From Octopus sinensis (lineage: Eukaryota), in NCBI RefSeq assembly GCF_006345805.1, contig NW_021831980.1:1-32485 (forward strand): a DNA stretch of 32,485 nucleotides. Reading direction: 5' to 3'. The notes under the pieces were generated by a model. It saw only the letters and a list, made by a program, of their open reading frames with translations, made no database searches and was not told the origin of the DNA. The translations under genes and the position numbers were made by a program. Positions 11,005 through 21,694 of the stretch are shown here, piece after piece (the stretch's first letter is position 1; the number at the start of each line of letters is the position of its first letter).

Positions 11005-11430
11005 AAATGTATGTATGTATGTACGTATATTTGCATGTACGTATGTATGCATGTATGTATACACGTATGTATGTAGGTACGCATTATGTATGTATGTATG
11101 TATGTATGTATGTATGTATGTATGTATGTATGTATGTATGTATGTATGTATGCAATCATGTTATGTATGAATGTACGTATGTATGTATACATGCACACAT
11201 CCACATATGTATGCATGTATACATGTATGCATGTATGTATGTATGAATACAAGCATGTTATGTATTAATGTATATCTGTATATATGCAGGCATGTACATA
11301 CGTATGCATGTGTATGTATGTGTGTGTGTGTAAGTATGTACGCACGTATGTATGTGTGCATGTACTTATGTATGTGTGTACATATGTATGTATACATGTA
11401 TGTATTAATGTATGTATCTATGTATGCACG

Positions 11431-11462
<32 letters not shown>

Positions 11463-11848
11463 AATGTATGTATGTATGTATGTATGTATGTATGTGTATG
11501 TATGTACGCACGTATGTATGTATGTGTGCATGTACCTATGTATGTGTGTACGTATGTATACATGTATGTATTAATGTATGTATCTATGTATGCACGTATG
11601 TATGTATGTATGCATGTATTGTATGCATGTATGCTTGTATGCAAGTATGTTATATATGAATGCATGTATGTACATATCTATGCATGTGTGTATGTATGTA
11701 TGTCTGCATGCATGTATGTATACATGGATGCATGTATGCAAGTATGTTATGTATGAATATATGTATGCATATATGCATGCTTATACGTATATATGCTTGT
11801 GTGTTTGTAAGCATGTATGTACGTATGCGTGCATGTACTCACGTATGC

Positions 11849-11881
<33 letters not shown>

Positions 11882-11945
11882 CGTATGTATGTATGTATTA
11901 ATGCATGCATGTATGTATGTATGTGTTTATGTATGTGTGCATGTG
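11005..11945. repeat. Large degenerate (TATG)n tetranucleotide array
   Basis: Directly visible; source of the MYVC/HTYI ORFs. Confidence 0.97.
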
Positions 11946-12371
11946 AAGTAGTCTCTGGTCTGTAGCTAAAATAGTTGAATGATCTATCTTGCAAGAAGTT
12001 TTATAGAGTAATCTCCCTTTAATAAGTTTCTCAAAACATCTACGTCATGAGAAGTAATTCTTAATTATTCAAGAAGCTTCGCGTTTCTCTTGGAAGTTTC
12101 TAGAATGTCTAGCGTTCCATTAATAAAAACATCTTACTTGCTCTGCTCTCTGTTTCTTAGTCGACTAGACTCTGAGCCATTCACGTAGTTGCTATGCCTG
12201 CCTATTTCTCTATGCCATACGACTGAAAGCCACCACTTAGCTGTTATTTCTGCATTTCCTATTTCTGAACTTTCTTTCCTAGATTACTTCATTAAACTAG
12301 ATTCTACATTTTGATTATATTTCATCGACAAATAACTGAAACAAGTAAAAGAGTAAAAGAATAAAAGAATA

Positions 12372-13618
12372 CAAGGTTTGGTAAGGTATTTGAAGACACA
12401 TTTTTTGGGTCACTGTTGTATTTTTTGCTAACTCTGTACAATCTTTGTTTCAGAAAATAATAATTGCAGAGCCTCAACTTACTCAAGAAATAAAGAGGCA
12501 TACTGTTATTGTGGTTATAAAGGCTGAACATGATTTTTAAAAGTTGCTAGATCTTTCGTCTTCAAAGTTTCTAAGAAGCTAGAGACTGAAGATTGAAACA
12601 TTTGACCAGTATCAAAGCATAAAACACGTTCTAAACACTCTGAAATCATCGGGACTCCTGAATTTATCTAGCAAGTTTAACAGAGTATTGATTACAATCC
12701 TAGAAAGTCCATGAGGTCAATTGCAAAAAATCTCCATGTTGTCAGAAGGAACAGTCAGAAATGTTGTCCATCAGATGTAAGTATTATATGATGAGGAAAG
12801 GTCAATTTGTCAGAAAAAGCAAAAGAAAATCACTACATCAGATCTAAAAGGCTCTTAAATAAATTGAAAAATCCAACAGAGGAAGATTTGAATCGGTTTT
12901 TCTCAAACGAAAAAAAATTCAACGAAGATCAAAATGTTATCAGAAGAAATGGCAGACGATTATGTGCAGACCCTTCTGAATTTCCAAGTTTTATGCATAC
13001 AAGGTTTCCTGCAAGTGTCATGGTTTTAGGGGTTGTCAGCAATGAAGGACATATGATGCCGCCTTACTTCTTTCCACAAGGCCTTACATTTCCACAATGC
13101 CACGTACATTGAGTTCCTGGAAATAATTGTTAAGCTCTGGATAGACAGTGTATGCAATGGAAGGTCATATGTGTTTCAGTAAAACTCTGCACTACCACAC
13201 ATGGCTCTAGTAACACAGGAATGGATAGCTGAAAAGTTTCATGTTCACATAACCCCTAACATCTGGTCTAATTCCCCAGATATCAATCCATTGGACTATT
13301 ACATGTGGAGCGTTGCTGAGAAAGAGAGAGAGATGTCAATGAACACGCATATAACACCAAAGATTCTTTGAAAGCTGCCATAGTTAGAATAATATCCAAA
13401 ATGAATCGGGACCACTTGATTCGAGCAGGTAAATGATTTAGATCTCATATAGAAGCAGTTGTTGAAGCTGAAGGTAGCTTTCTTGAATAACATTATAGAA
13501 AAGAAGGTTTATTTTTATCAACATAACATTTTTTGATAGATAAAGTTATTATCTGTTATTATATATATCTGTTTTTTTTATAAACATAAATCTATTCTCA
13601 AATATCTTACGCACCTTG
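12372..13618 (+). mobile_element. Full-length but dead Tc1/mariner DNA transposon, DD37D (maT) type
   Basis: TA-flanked imperfect TIRs (ta-caaggtttggtaaggtatttga vs reverse complement ta-caaggtgcgtaagatatttga); relic transposase NPRKSMRSIAK...FFSNEKKF...PASVMVLGVVSNEGHMMPPYFFPQG...FQ*NSALPH...NSPDINPLDYYMW...AVVEAEGSFLE* (stop 13488-13490); 37 residues between the last two catalytic positions if one small deletion is restored; multiple stops and frameshifts. Confidence 0.9.
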
Positions 13619-13821
13619 TATATATATATATTTCGCAGAAACAATAGAGTGACTCAAGGGACGGAGGATTCTTCCGTTAGCATTTATCAAACTAACCGTG
13701 TGCTTGTGTCTGAAATATTTCTTTCAAATTCTGGCTCGGGTTCAGCAGTTTTGAGGGAAGACGATATACCGATTCCATTGACCACAAAATATTTCACTAC
13801 TATTTATTTTATTTTATTTTA

Positions 13822-13955
13822 TTTTGTCGACCCCCCCGTAAGAATGATAAGCAATGTTGACCTCGGCGCGATTTGAACTCAGAACGGAAAGAACCAGTAG
13901 AAATGCTGCTAAGCTTTTAATCCAACGCGCTAACACTTCTGCCAACTTGCCTCCG
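13822..13955 (-). mobile_element. Old, diverged SINE family B fragment
   Basis: gttgacctcggcgcgatttgaactcagaacg and gcgctaacacttctgccaacttgcc are diverged reverse complements of the family B head and core. Confidence 0.7.
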
Positions 13956-14546
13956 CCCCCACCATCCTACTGATAATGAAGACCACTTGCATAAGCAAAA
14001 AAAAAAAAAAGAACAAAACAAAAAAAATGAAAAGAAAGAAAACATACGGAGAGAAAGGAAAGGATGTTACGATACATCGAATATATCCCGAGTCTACCAA
14101 GTGATCTACAATAGGTTTTATCGGTAATCGAAACCGGATTGCAGACTTCCAACTTTTGTAGAAGTAACATGTACTCTAACACGTCGAACAACAAATGAAT
14201 TATAAATGATAAATTGTCAGATATTGACCTACATATGTTCATTATATTAAACTTATGGAAATATATGCTGAGTTAAATATTGGTTTTAACAGGCACACAC
14301 TTACAGCTAAAACATAATTTTGCAACAGAATTAACGTTTTAATTAAAGGTGTTTTCTAAAAATTATTTTCCTGATGAATAATGTGTATTTAGGTCCATAA
14401 ATACTATCGAAAGATCGTTTTTGCGTTTTCCAAATGGAATCGATAAAATATTGCTTTTTTTAGAAATGTCTAATGACCACTCAATTTGTTGAGTTCCAAG
14501 CTGTCTTCTTCCCATCATTCCTATTGTCGTTAATACTTGTATTGCA

Positions 14547-14796
14547 TTCTTCTATTCTTTTATTCTTTTACTAGCTTCAGTCATTTGACTGCGGCCATGC
14601 TGGAGCACCGCCTTCAGTCGAGCAAATCGACTCCAGGACTTATTCTTTGTAAGCCTAGTACATATTTTATCAGTCTCTCTTGCCGAAAACACGTTTAGCA
14701 TACCAGCATCGGTTGTCAAGCGATGTTGGGGGACAAACACACAAATACACACACACACACACACACACACGCACATGCACATACAACACACACACA

Positions 14797-14874
<78 letters not shown>

Positions 14875-15012
14875 GACGAGCTTTCAGTTTTCGTTCTGCC
14901 AAATTCACTCAAAGGCTTTGGTCAACTTGAGGCTATAGTAGAAGACACTTGCCTAAGGAGCCACGCAGTGGGACTGAGCTTGGAACCATGTGGATGGTAA
15001 GCAAGCTACTTT
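14547..15012 (-). mobile_element. SINE family A with expanded internal (AC)n(AT)n tract
   Basis: Family A tail, body and head; internal microsatellite at ~14740-14875. Confidence 0.9.
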
Positions 15013-15149
15013 ATTTCAAAAATTTTCCCCATAAAGGCATGATACAGAGTAGCTTGCGGGCTGGACAGAAACATTGATGAGGTGAATGATATGAAATAAA
15101 ATGATATTAATGGGAGAAGACAAAAATGCCCGCCGATTTTTTGCTTCTC

Positions 15150-15830
15150 TAAAACATTATTTTTACACAAAAAACAAACCGAGGCATTGGACCTCTCCCG
15201 TTTTACAACTATTGGACTTAATAGTCCATTTACAAATTGAAACATTATTATTTTAAACACACACACACAAAAAAAAAACATACCTATTTCTTTATTGCCC
15301 ACAAGGGGCTAAACACAGAGGGGACAAACAAGGACAGACATAGGTATTAAGTCGATTACATCGTCCCCAGTGCGTAACTGGTACTTAATTTATCGACCCC
15401 GAAAGGATGAAAGGCAAAGTCGACCACGGCGGAATTTGAACTCAGAACGTAGCGGTAGATGAAATACCAATTTCTTTACTACCCACAAGGGCCTAAACAC
15501 AGAGAGGACAAACAAGGACAGGCATAGGTATTAAGTCGATTACATCGTCCCCAGTGCGTAACTGGTACTTAATTTATCAACCCCGAAAGGATGAAAGGCA
15601 AAGTCGACCTCGGCGGAATTTGAACTCGCAACGTAACGACAGACGAAATACGCCTACGCATTTCGCCCGGCGTGCTAACGTTTCTGCCAGCTCGCCCCCT
15701 TATACATACCGAGGTACTGAACCTCTTACTCCCGTTTCTACAATTATTGGACTTAATAGTCAATTTACAAATTAAAACATTATTATTTTTTACACAAAAG
15801 AACAAGAGGAGGTATTGAACCTCTTACTGA
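15150..15830. repeat. ~100-bp tandem repeat (about 2.5 copies) interrupted by a SINE B dimer
   Basis: accgagg..acctc..tcccgttt..attggacttaatagtc.atttacaaatt.aaacattattatttt recurs at ~15178-15260 and ~15708-15795, with partial units on either side. Confidence 0.75.
15281..15700 (-). mobile_element. SINE family B homodimer (tail-1 + tail-1)
   Basis: Full unit at 15469-15700 and 5'-truncated unit at 15281-15468; both carry private variants cataggtattaag and catcgtcccc. Confidence 0.92.
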
Positions 15831-15874
15831 ATGAGACTGTAACAAGTAAAAGAGTATATATCTGTTCATCGGGA

Positions 15875-15883
15875 GAGAGATAG

Positions 15884-15935
<52 letters not shown>
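15875..15935. repeat. (GA)n microsatellite
   Basis: Directly visible. Confidence 0.95.
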
Positions 15936-15939
<4 letters not shown>

Positions 15940-16003
15940 AAAGATTTGAAATAGTAAGGTTTTCAATTAAGAGTATGAAGAGGAGGTAAAATAGTAAAAC
16001 AAA

Positions 16004-16236
16004 AGGCGGCGAGCTGGCAGAATCGTTAGCACGCCGGGCGAAATGTGTAGCCGTATTTCGTCTGCCATTACGTTCTGAGTTCAAATTCCGCCGAGGTTGA
16101 CTTTGCCTTTCATCCTTTCGGGGTCGATTTAATAAGTACCAGTTACGCACTGTGGTCGACCTAATCGACATAATCCGTTTGTCTGTGCTTGTTTGTCCTC
16201 TCTGTGTTTAGCCCCTTGTGGGTAGTAAAAAAAAAT
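16004..16236 (+). mobile_element. SINE family B monomer (tail-1) with a perfect 20-bp TSD
   Basis: aggtaaaatagtaaaacaaa at 15984-16003 and 16237-16256. Confidence 0.95.
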
Positions 16237-16430
16237 AGGTAAAATAGTAAAACAAATAGATACAGCACTGAAGTGGCAACGGAGATTTAGGCAATAAGTA
16301 TATACAGGCCGTATTAATACACGTACACACGCACACATGCACACACATACGAAAATACTTTGTCAAACATACAATAGATTTTTTAAAAAAAATCTCACTT
16401 TGGTTTCTGTTACAATATGCAACGCTCTTA

Positions 16431-17098
16431 AAGCGGCGAGCTGGCAGAAACGTTAGCACGCCGGGCGAAATGCTTAGTGGTATTTCGTCTGCCGTTACGT
16501 TTTGAGTTCAAATTCCGCCGAGATCGACTTTGCCTTTCATCCTTTCGAGGTCGATTAAATAAGTACCAGTTACGCACTGGGGTCGATGTAATCGACTTAA
16601 TCCCTTTGTCTGTCCTTGTTTGTCTCCTCTATGCTTAGCCCCTTGTGGGCAATAAAGAAATAAGAAACGTTAGCACGCCGGGCGAAATACTTAGCGGTAT
16701 TTTGTCTTTACGTTCTGAGTTCAAATTCCAATGCTGTCGACTTTGCCTTTCATCCTTTCGGGTTCGATAAATTAAGTACCAGTTGCATACTAGGGTCGAT
16801 CTAATCGACTGGCCTCCTCCCCCAAAATTTCGGGCCTTGTGCCTAGAGGTGAAAAGAATATATGTGTGTGCATAAGGCGGCGAGCTGGCAGAAACATTAG
16901 CACGCCGGGCGAAATGCGTAGCCGTATTTCGTCTGCCGTTACGTTCTGAGTTCAAACTCCGCCTAGGTCGATTTTGCCTTTCATCCTTTCGGGCTCGATA
17001 AATTAAGTACCAGTTGCGTACTGGAGTCGATATAATCGACGGGCCCTCTTCTCCAAAATTTCGGGCCTCGGGCCTCAAGTAGAAAAGTAGAAAAGAAT
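16431..17098 (+). mobile_element. SINE family B trimer (tail-1, tail-2, tail-2 variant)
   Basis: Units at 16431-16662, 16663-16859 and 16874-17098; flanked by aat(a/g)tgcaacgctctt at 16414-16429 and 17096-17111. Confidence 0.9.
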
Positions 17099-17147
17099 GT
17101 GCAACGCTCTTTCCTTGCACATCATCACACTGGTAACTATATTCTGT

Positions 17148-17468
17148 GAGGGCGCGTGGCTTAGTGGTTAGGGCATTCGGCTCATGATCGTAAGGTTGTG
17201 AGTTCGATTCCCGGCGACGCGTTGTGTACTTGAGCAAGACACTTTATTTCACGTTGCTCCAGTCCACTCAGCTGGCAAAAATGAGTTGTACTTGTATTTC
17301 AAAGGGTCAGCCTTGTCACTCTCTGTGTCACACTGATTATCCCCGAGAACTACGTTAAGGGTACACGTGTCTGTGGAATGCTCAGCCATTTGCACGTTAA
17401 TTTCACGAGCAAGCTGTTCCGTTGATCGTATCAGCTGGGACCCTCGTCGTCGTAACCGACGGAGTCTT
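17148..17468 (+). mobile_element. tRNA-derived SINE, head type C with tail X
   Basis: A box tggcttagtgg, B box gagttcgattccc, then ttgagcaagacacttt; 14-bp TSD taactatat(t/c)ctgt at 17134-17147 and 17469-17482. Confidence 0.9.
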
Positions 17469-17740
17469 TAACTATATCCTGTACCACGTCGTCTATTGTC
17501 ATTATTAATGCCTCTTATAATATTAATAACATATGTTGACCTGATTTGGAATTTTAGAAATATGCGTTACGTATTGTTTATCATTACTTCTGTCAACATA
17601 TTTTGGAAAACATTCTAGTGCTGTCATTGTAGGCAAGTAGCAGGAATTTAGTGGCTTCTCTATCAAAACGAAAAGTTGGTGGCACTGATTATGTACTTGT
17701 AATTTGGGCAGATATCCTCTCGAAACTTTATCAAACTTAA

Positions 17741-18155
17741 GTAGGTGTCACTGTGTGGTAAGACGCTTGCGTCTCAAGCCCGCGGTCCCTGGTTCACTCC
17801 CACCGCGTGGCACCTTGGACAAGTGTCTTCTACTATAGCCTCGGGCCGACCAAAACCTTGTGAGTGGATTTGGTAGGCGGAAACTGAAAGAACCCTGTCG
17901 TATATATGTATAAATATATATATGCATGTGTGTGTATATGTTGTGTATCTGTGTTCGTCCCCCCAACATCGCTTGATAACCGATATGCTGGTGTGTTTAG
18001 GTCCCCATAACTTAGCGGTTCGGCAAAAGAGAGCGATAGAATAAGTACTAGGCTTACAAAGAATAAGTCCTGGGGTCGATTTGATTCGACTAAAGGCGGT
18101 GCTCCAGCATGGCCGCTGTCAAATGACTGAAACAAGTAAAAGAAAAGAAAAGAAA
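17741..18155 (+). mobile_element. SINE family A
   Basis: ctgtgtggtaag head, ggttcactccc B box, body, and tail caagtaaaagaaaagaaaagaaa. Confidence 0.92.
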
Positions 18156-18699
18156 TAATATAGGGATACCAATATCGCTAAGTGCTTAGTGCTGTATGGG
18201 TATTAGCCTGGCCCTGACCAACTCATATTTTCTGTCTTTCTTGGGGAAAGCGCTTTTGATGTTCGCCCCCCAGAGAACTACGTATACGGAATTGATGATA
18301 CCAGACACAATCATTGCAGCATCACTCATTATATAATTTCTACAACCTTCTTCATTGTCAAACTGAATTTCAGCTTTGATTAACAAGAGTGTATTTAGGA
18401 AACACCTTTGCGTTTTAGAATATACTGTAATTGTAGAATCTTATGGAATTACCAGAGAAGTAGATACGAATGTAAAAAAAGAAATTACAAAAAGACACAA
18501 GAATTATCCATGCTAGACCAGACTACACAAAGATATAAGATGCTCAGTAAATTTCTTATCATTCTAGCTATGGTAAGAATCTTCTTCTGAAGAATCTTCA
18601 GATTTCATGGGGTGGGCGGTGGGGTGTCTCACAGGAATAAGGTTTATCATGTGGTTAATAAGTTTTCGTAAACCAAGCCATATCACCCCTTCAACACAC

Positions 18700-18719
18700 A
18701 GACACACACACACACACTT

Positions 18720-18766
<47 letters not shown>

Positions 18767-18770
18767 TAGA
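18700..18770. repeat. (CA)n-(CT)n-(CA)n microsatellite
   Basis: Directly visible. Confidence 0.9.
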
Positions 18771-19137
18771 CATAGCGAGGTACACTAAACCCTTACTTGG
18801 TTATTATGTTACTATACACCAAGGCCCAGAATAACAAGGGAGGGGAAAAAAAAAATATGTAGAAAGTAAAAATGAAATAAGAGCGGATGCTAAGAACGTA
18901 ATTTGCGCCATGACTAAAAGAACGCGTGTACGCGTGTACAGGTCCCTATATACTCGTGTGTGCTTGTATACGCGAACGCATGCGTACATGTGTGTGTGTG
19001 TATGTGTGAGTTGTAGAAGGCTGCAAACACAGAGACAAACTGAAGTAACCCTGGGATATATATGTAGGCTACAACAGAAATATTATCTCTACTTCTCAAA
19101 CGTTGCGTATCATTTTCTTTGCCACCCCACTCTTTAT

Positions 19138-19151
19138 TAACATTATTATTA

Positions 19152-19191
<40 letters not shown>

Positions 19192-19208
19192 CGTTATTAT
19201 TATTATTA

Positions 19209-19246
<38 letters not shown>

Positions 19247-19296
19247 TATTATTATTATTATTATTTATTATTATCATTATATTATTATTATTATTA

Positions 19297-19333
<37 letters not shown>

Positions 19334-19371
19334 CGTTATTATTATTATTACTATTATTGTTATTATTATTA

Positions 19372-19402
<31 letters not shown>

Positions 19403-19481
19403 CATTATTATTATTATATTATTATTATATTATTATTATTATTATTATATCATTATTATTATCATTATTATATTATTATTA

Positions 19482-19514
<33 letters not shown>

Positions 19515-19546
19515 CGTTATTATTATTATTATTGTTATTATTATTA

Positions 19547-19588
<42 letters not shown>

Positions 19589-19636
19589 TATATTATTATT
19601 ATTATTATTATTATTGTTATTATTATTATTATTGTT
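19138..19636. repeat. ~500-bp (TAT)n microsatellite
   Basis: Directly visible; source of the poly-I/Y/L ORFs at 19103-19876. Confidence 0.97.
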
Positions 19637-20133
19637 TTAACCACAAGGGGTTGCTTTCCACTGCATCAGTGTTCGTTTGGTGTTAGCAGAGGGAGTCAAG
19701 CTACCCCAAAACCAAGGTTCTCTAGCAAGCAATGGCTGTCTGTTTTTCTTTTTATTTATTTCATATATTTTTTTTTTACTCTCGTTGTTCTTTTTACAGA
19801 ATTCAACAATAACAACAACAACCACAACGATAAAAAAACAACAACAACATGCTTTTACTTAACATTCTTTATGTAAAAGCGCAAGCAAGATCCACCAGAA
19901 TATTTTGGAAGGTTTTGAAGATAAAAAAAAAATGAGAGAGAAAAAGAAGAAAAAGAAACGGAAGAAAAAATATCCGAACACGCAAAAATATTTAGACAGA
20001 TGAAATACATGGCATAATTTTAGAAGACTGAAGAAAAACCCAGACGAAACATTAAATATATTAAAAAGAAAAACAAGCAAATAAATAATATGTAAATATG
20101 AGAAAATAGTAAAAATAATTATAATAATTACAC

Positions 20134-20471
20134 AGGCGTAGAAGTGGCTGTGTGGTAAGTAGCTTGTTTACCAACCGTATGGTTCCGGGTTCAGTCCCAC
20201 TGCGTGGCACCTTGAGCAAGTGTCTTCTACTATAGCCTCGGGTCGATCAAAGCCTTGTGAGTGGATTCGGTAGACGGAAACTGAAAGAAGCCCGTCGAAT
20301 ATATGCATATATGTATGTGTGTGTATATGTTTGTGTGTCTGTTTTTGTCCCCTCCCTCCCCAACATCGCTTAACAGTCGCTTCGGCAAAAGGGACCGACA
20401 GAATAAGTACTAGGCTTACAGAGAATATGTCCTGGGGTCGATTTGCTCGACTGAAGGCAGTGCTCCAGCAT
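20134..20471 (+). mobile_element. SINE family A, internally deleted and 3'-truncated
   Basis: Head aggcgtagaagtggctgtgtggtaag and B box; lacks the gatgctggtgtg...ttagcgg segment and the tail. Confidence 0.9.
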
Positions 20472-20511
20472 AGACATACACACATACGTGCGCGCACTCA
20501 CAAATACATCG

Positions 20512-20887
20512 TAGCACTCCGTCGCTTACGTCGACGAGGGTTCCTGTTGGTCCGATCAACGGTACAGCCTGCTCGTGAAATTAACGTACAAGTGGCTGAG
20601 TACTGCACAGACACGTGTACCCGTAACGTAGTTCTCAGGGAGATTCAACGTGACACAGAGTGCGACAAGGCTGGACCTTCGAAATACAGGTACAAGAGAA
20701 AGAGGAAGAGTGAGAGAAAGTTGTGGTGAAAGAGTACAGCGAGGTCCGCCACCGCTCCTACCGGAGCCTCGTGGAGCTTTAGGTGTTTACGCTCAATAAA
20801 CATTCGCAATGTCCGGTCTGGGAATCGAAACCGCAATCTTACGACCGCGCGTCCGTTGCCCTAACCACTGGGCCATTGCGCCTCCAC
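20512..20887 (-). mobile_element. tRNA-derived SINE, head type D with tail X
   Basis: Minus-strand head gtggaggcgcaatggcccagtggttaggg...gtttcgattccc matches the 26566 element; 3' half matches 17290-17465. Confidence 0.88.
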
Positions 20888-21466
20888 ATTCATACATACA
20901 CTTATGCATATGTATATCGTCTTACAACCGTTCGCTCAAAAGCGAGTAAGACTTGATATCAACGTGTTGCACGCTGTCATTCGTTAATCGTTTTAATGTC
21001 GCGAACAGACGTAGATGCCGTTTCGACACTCCACGCAGGACTAGCCAAAGATTGAAGGATGCAACAGAGAGAGAGAGAGAGAGAGAGGGGGGAGAGATAG
21101 GGTGGTAAAGGGAAAGAAGATCTGCTCCGGCATTTGGTTGTTAGTTCTTTCATCCACAGGATTTGAAGTCAAAAAGTAGAGAGTAGAAAAAAATATCGCA
21201 ATGTATTCTATTTGATGCTGTAATGACAATGCAAGTTCGCCGCTATATTTATACTTATATATGCAAAAAGGTGTGTGCGTGTGTGGCCAGATTGGAGCAG
21301 TGTCGAGTATAACCAGCCGAAACTGCAAAGATGATCTGGAACTAGACTGACGAAAGAATACTCCCAATGACCCATCCTTGTTTTTTCTTGTCCCTTTTTG
21401 TATCATCCAGCTGTCTGGATGTTTTGTTGTCGCCTGTTGCATTCCTGCCCCATTTTTTGCATATAT

Positions 21467-21499
<33 letters not shown>

Positions 21500-21502
21500 G
21501 TA

Positions 21503-21665
21503 GTTGGAATTTACAGGAAAACAAAAGACGAAGATAGGTGTATAAACAACAAACAGGTGCGTTAGTTTAACGCTCGGGAAAGTGAGGAAGTCTTTTACGT
21601 TTCGAGCCTGTGCTCTTCAACAGAAAGAAACACGATGAAATAAACAGAGAGAGAATTAAAATAAA
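21503..21665 (-). mobile_element. Dispersed repeat family F carrying a minimal hammerhead-like motif (Penelope/retrozyme-type), copy 1
   Basis: Homologous to 25621-25826 and 26004-26232; motif at 21591-21628. Confidence 0.7.
21591..21628 (-). ncRNA. Minimal type I hammerhead ribozyme-like motif (A6U variant)
   Basis: Minus strand UCUUU-CUGUUGA-A-GAGC(ACAG)GCUC-GAAA-C-GUA-AAAGA: 5-bp stem I, 4-bp stem II, loop-less palindromic ACGU stem III, GUA triplet. Confidence 0.6.
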
Positions 21666-21694
21666 ATGCTTTTGGAGCTTGCGCTCAGTATATG

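Noticed and set aside
11950-12320. Possible solo LTR (tctagaa motifs, aataaa)
   Set aside because: No clear TG...CA ends, TSD or second copy in the window
13628-13800. Protein-like open frames on both strands after a ttcgcag acceptor
   Set aside because: No donor site or homology that I can identify; both strands look equally plausible, which argues for chance
17148-17220. tRNA gene-like sequence (also the heads at 20815-20887, 26566-26640 and 27109-27180)
   Set aside because: A and B boxes are present, but I could not build a convincing acceptor stem, and each continues into a SINE body with a tail or TSD
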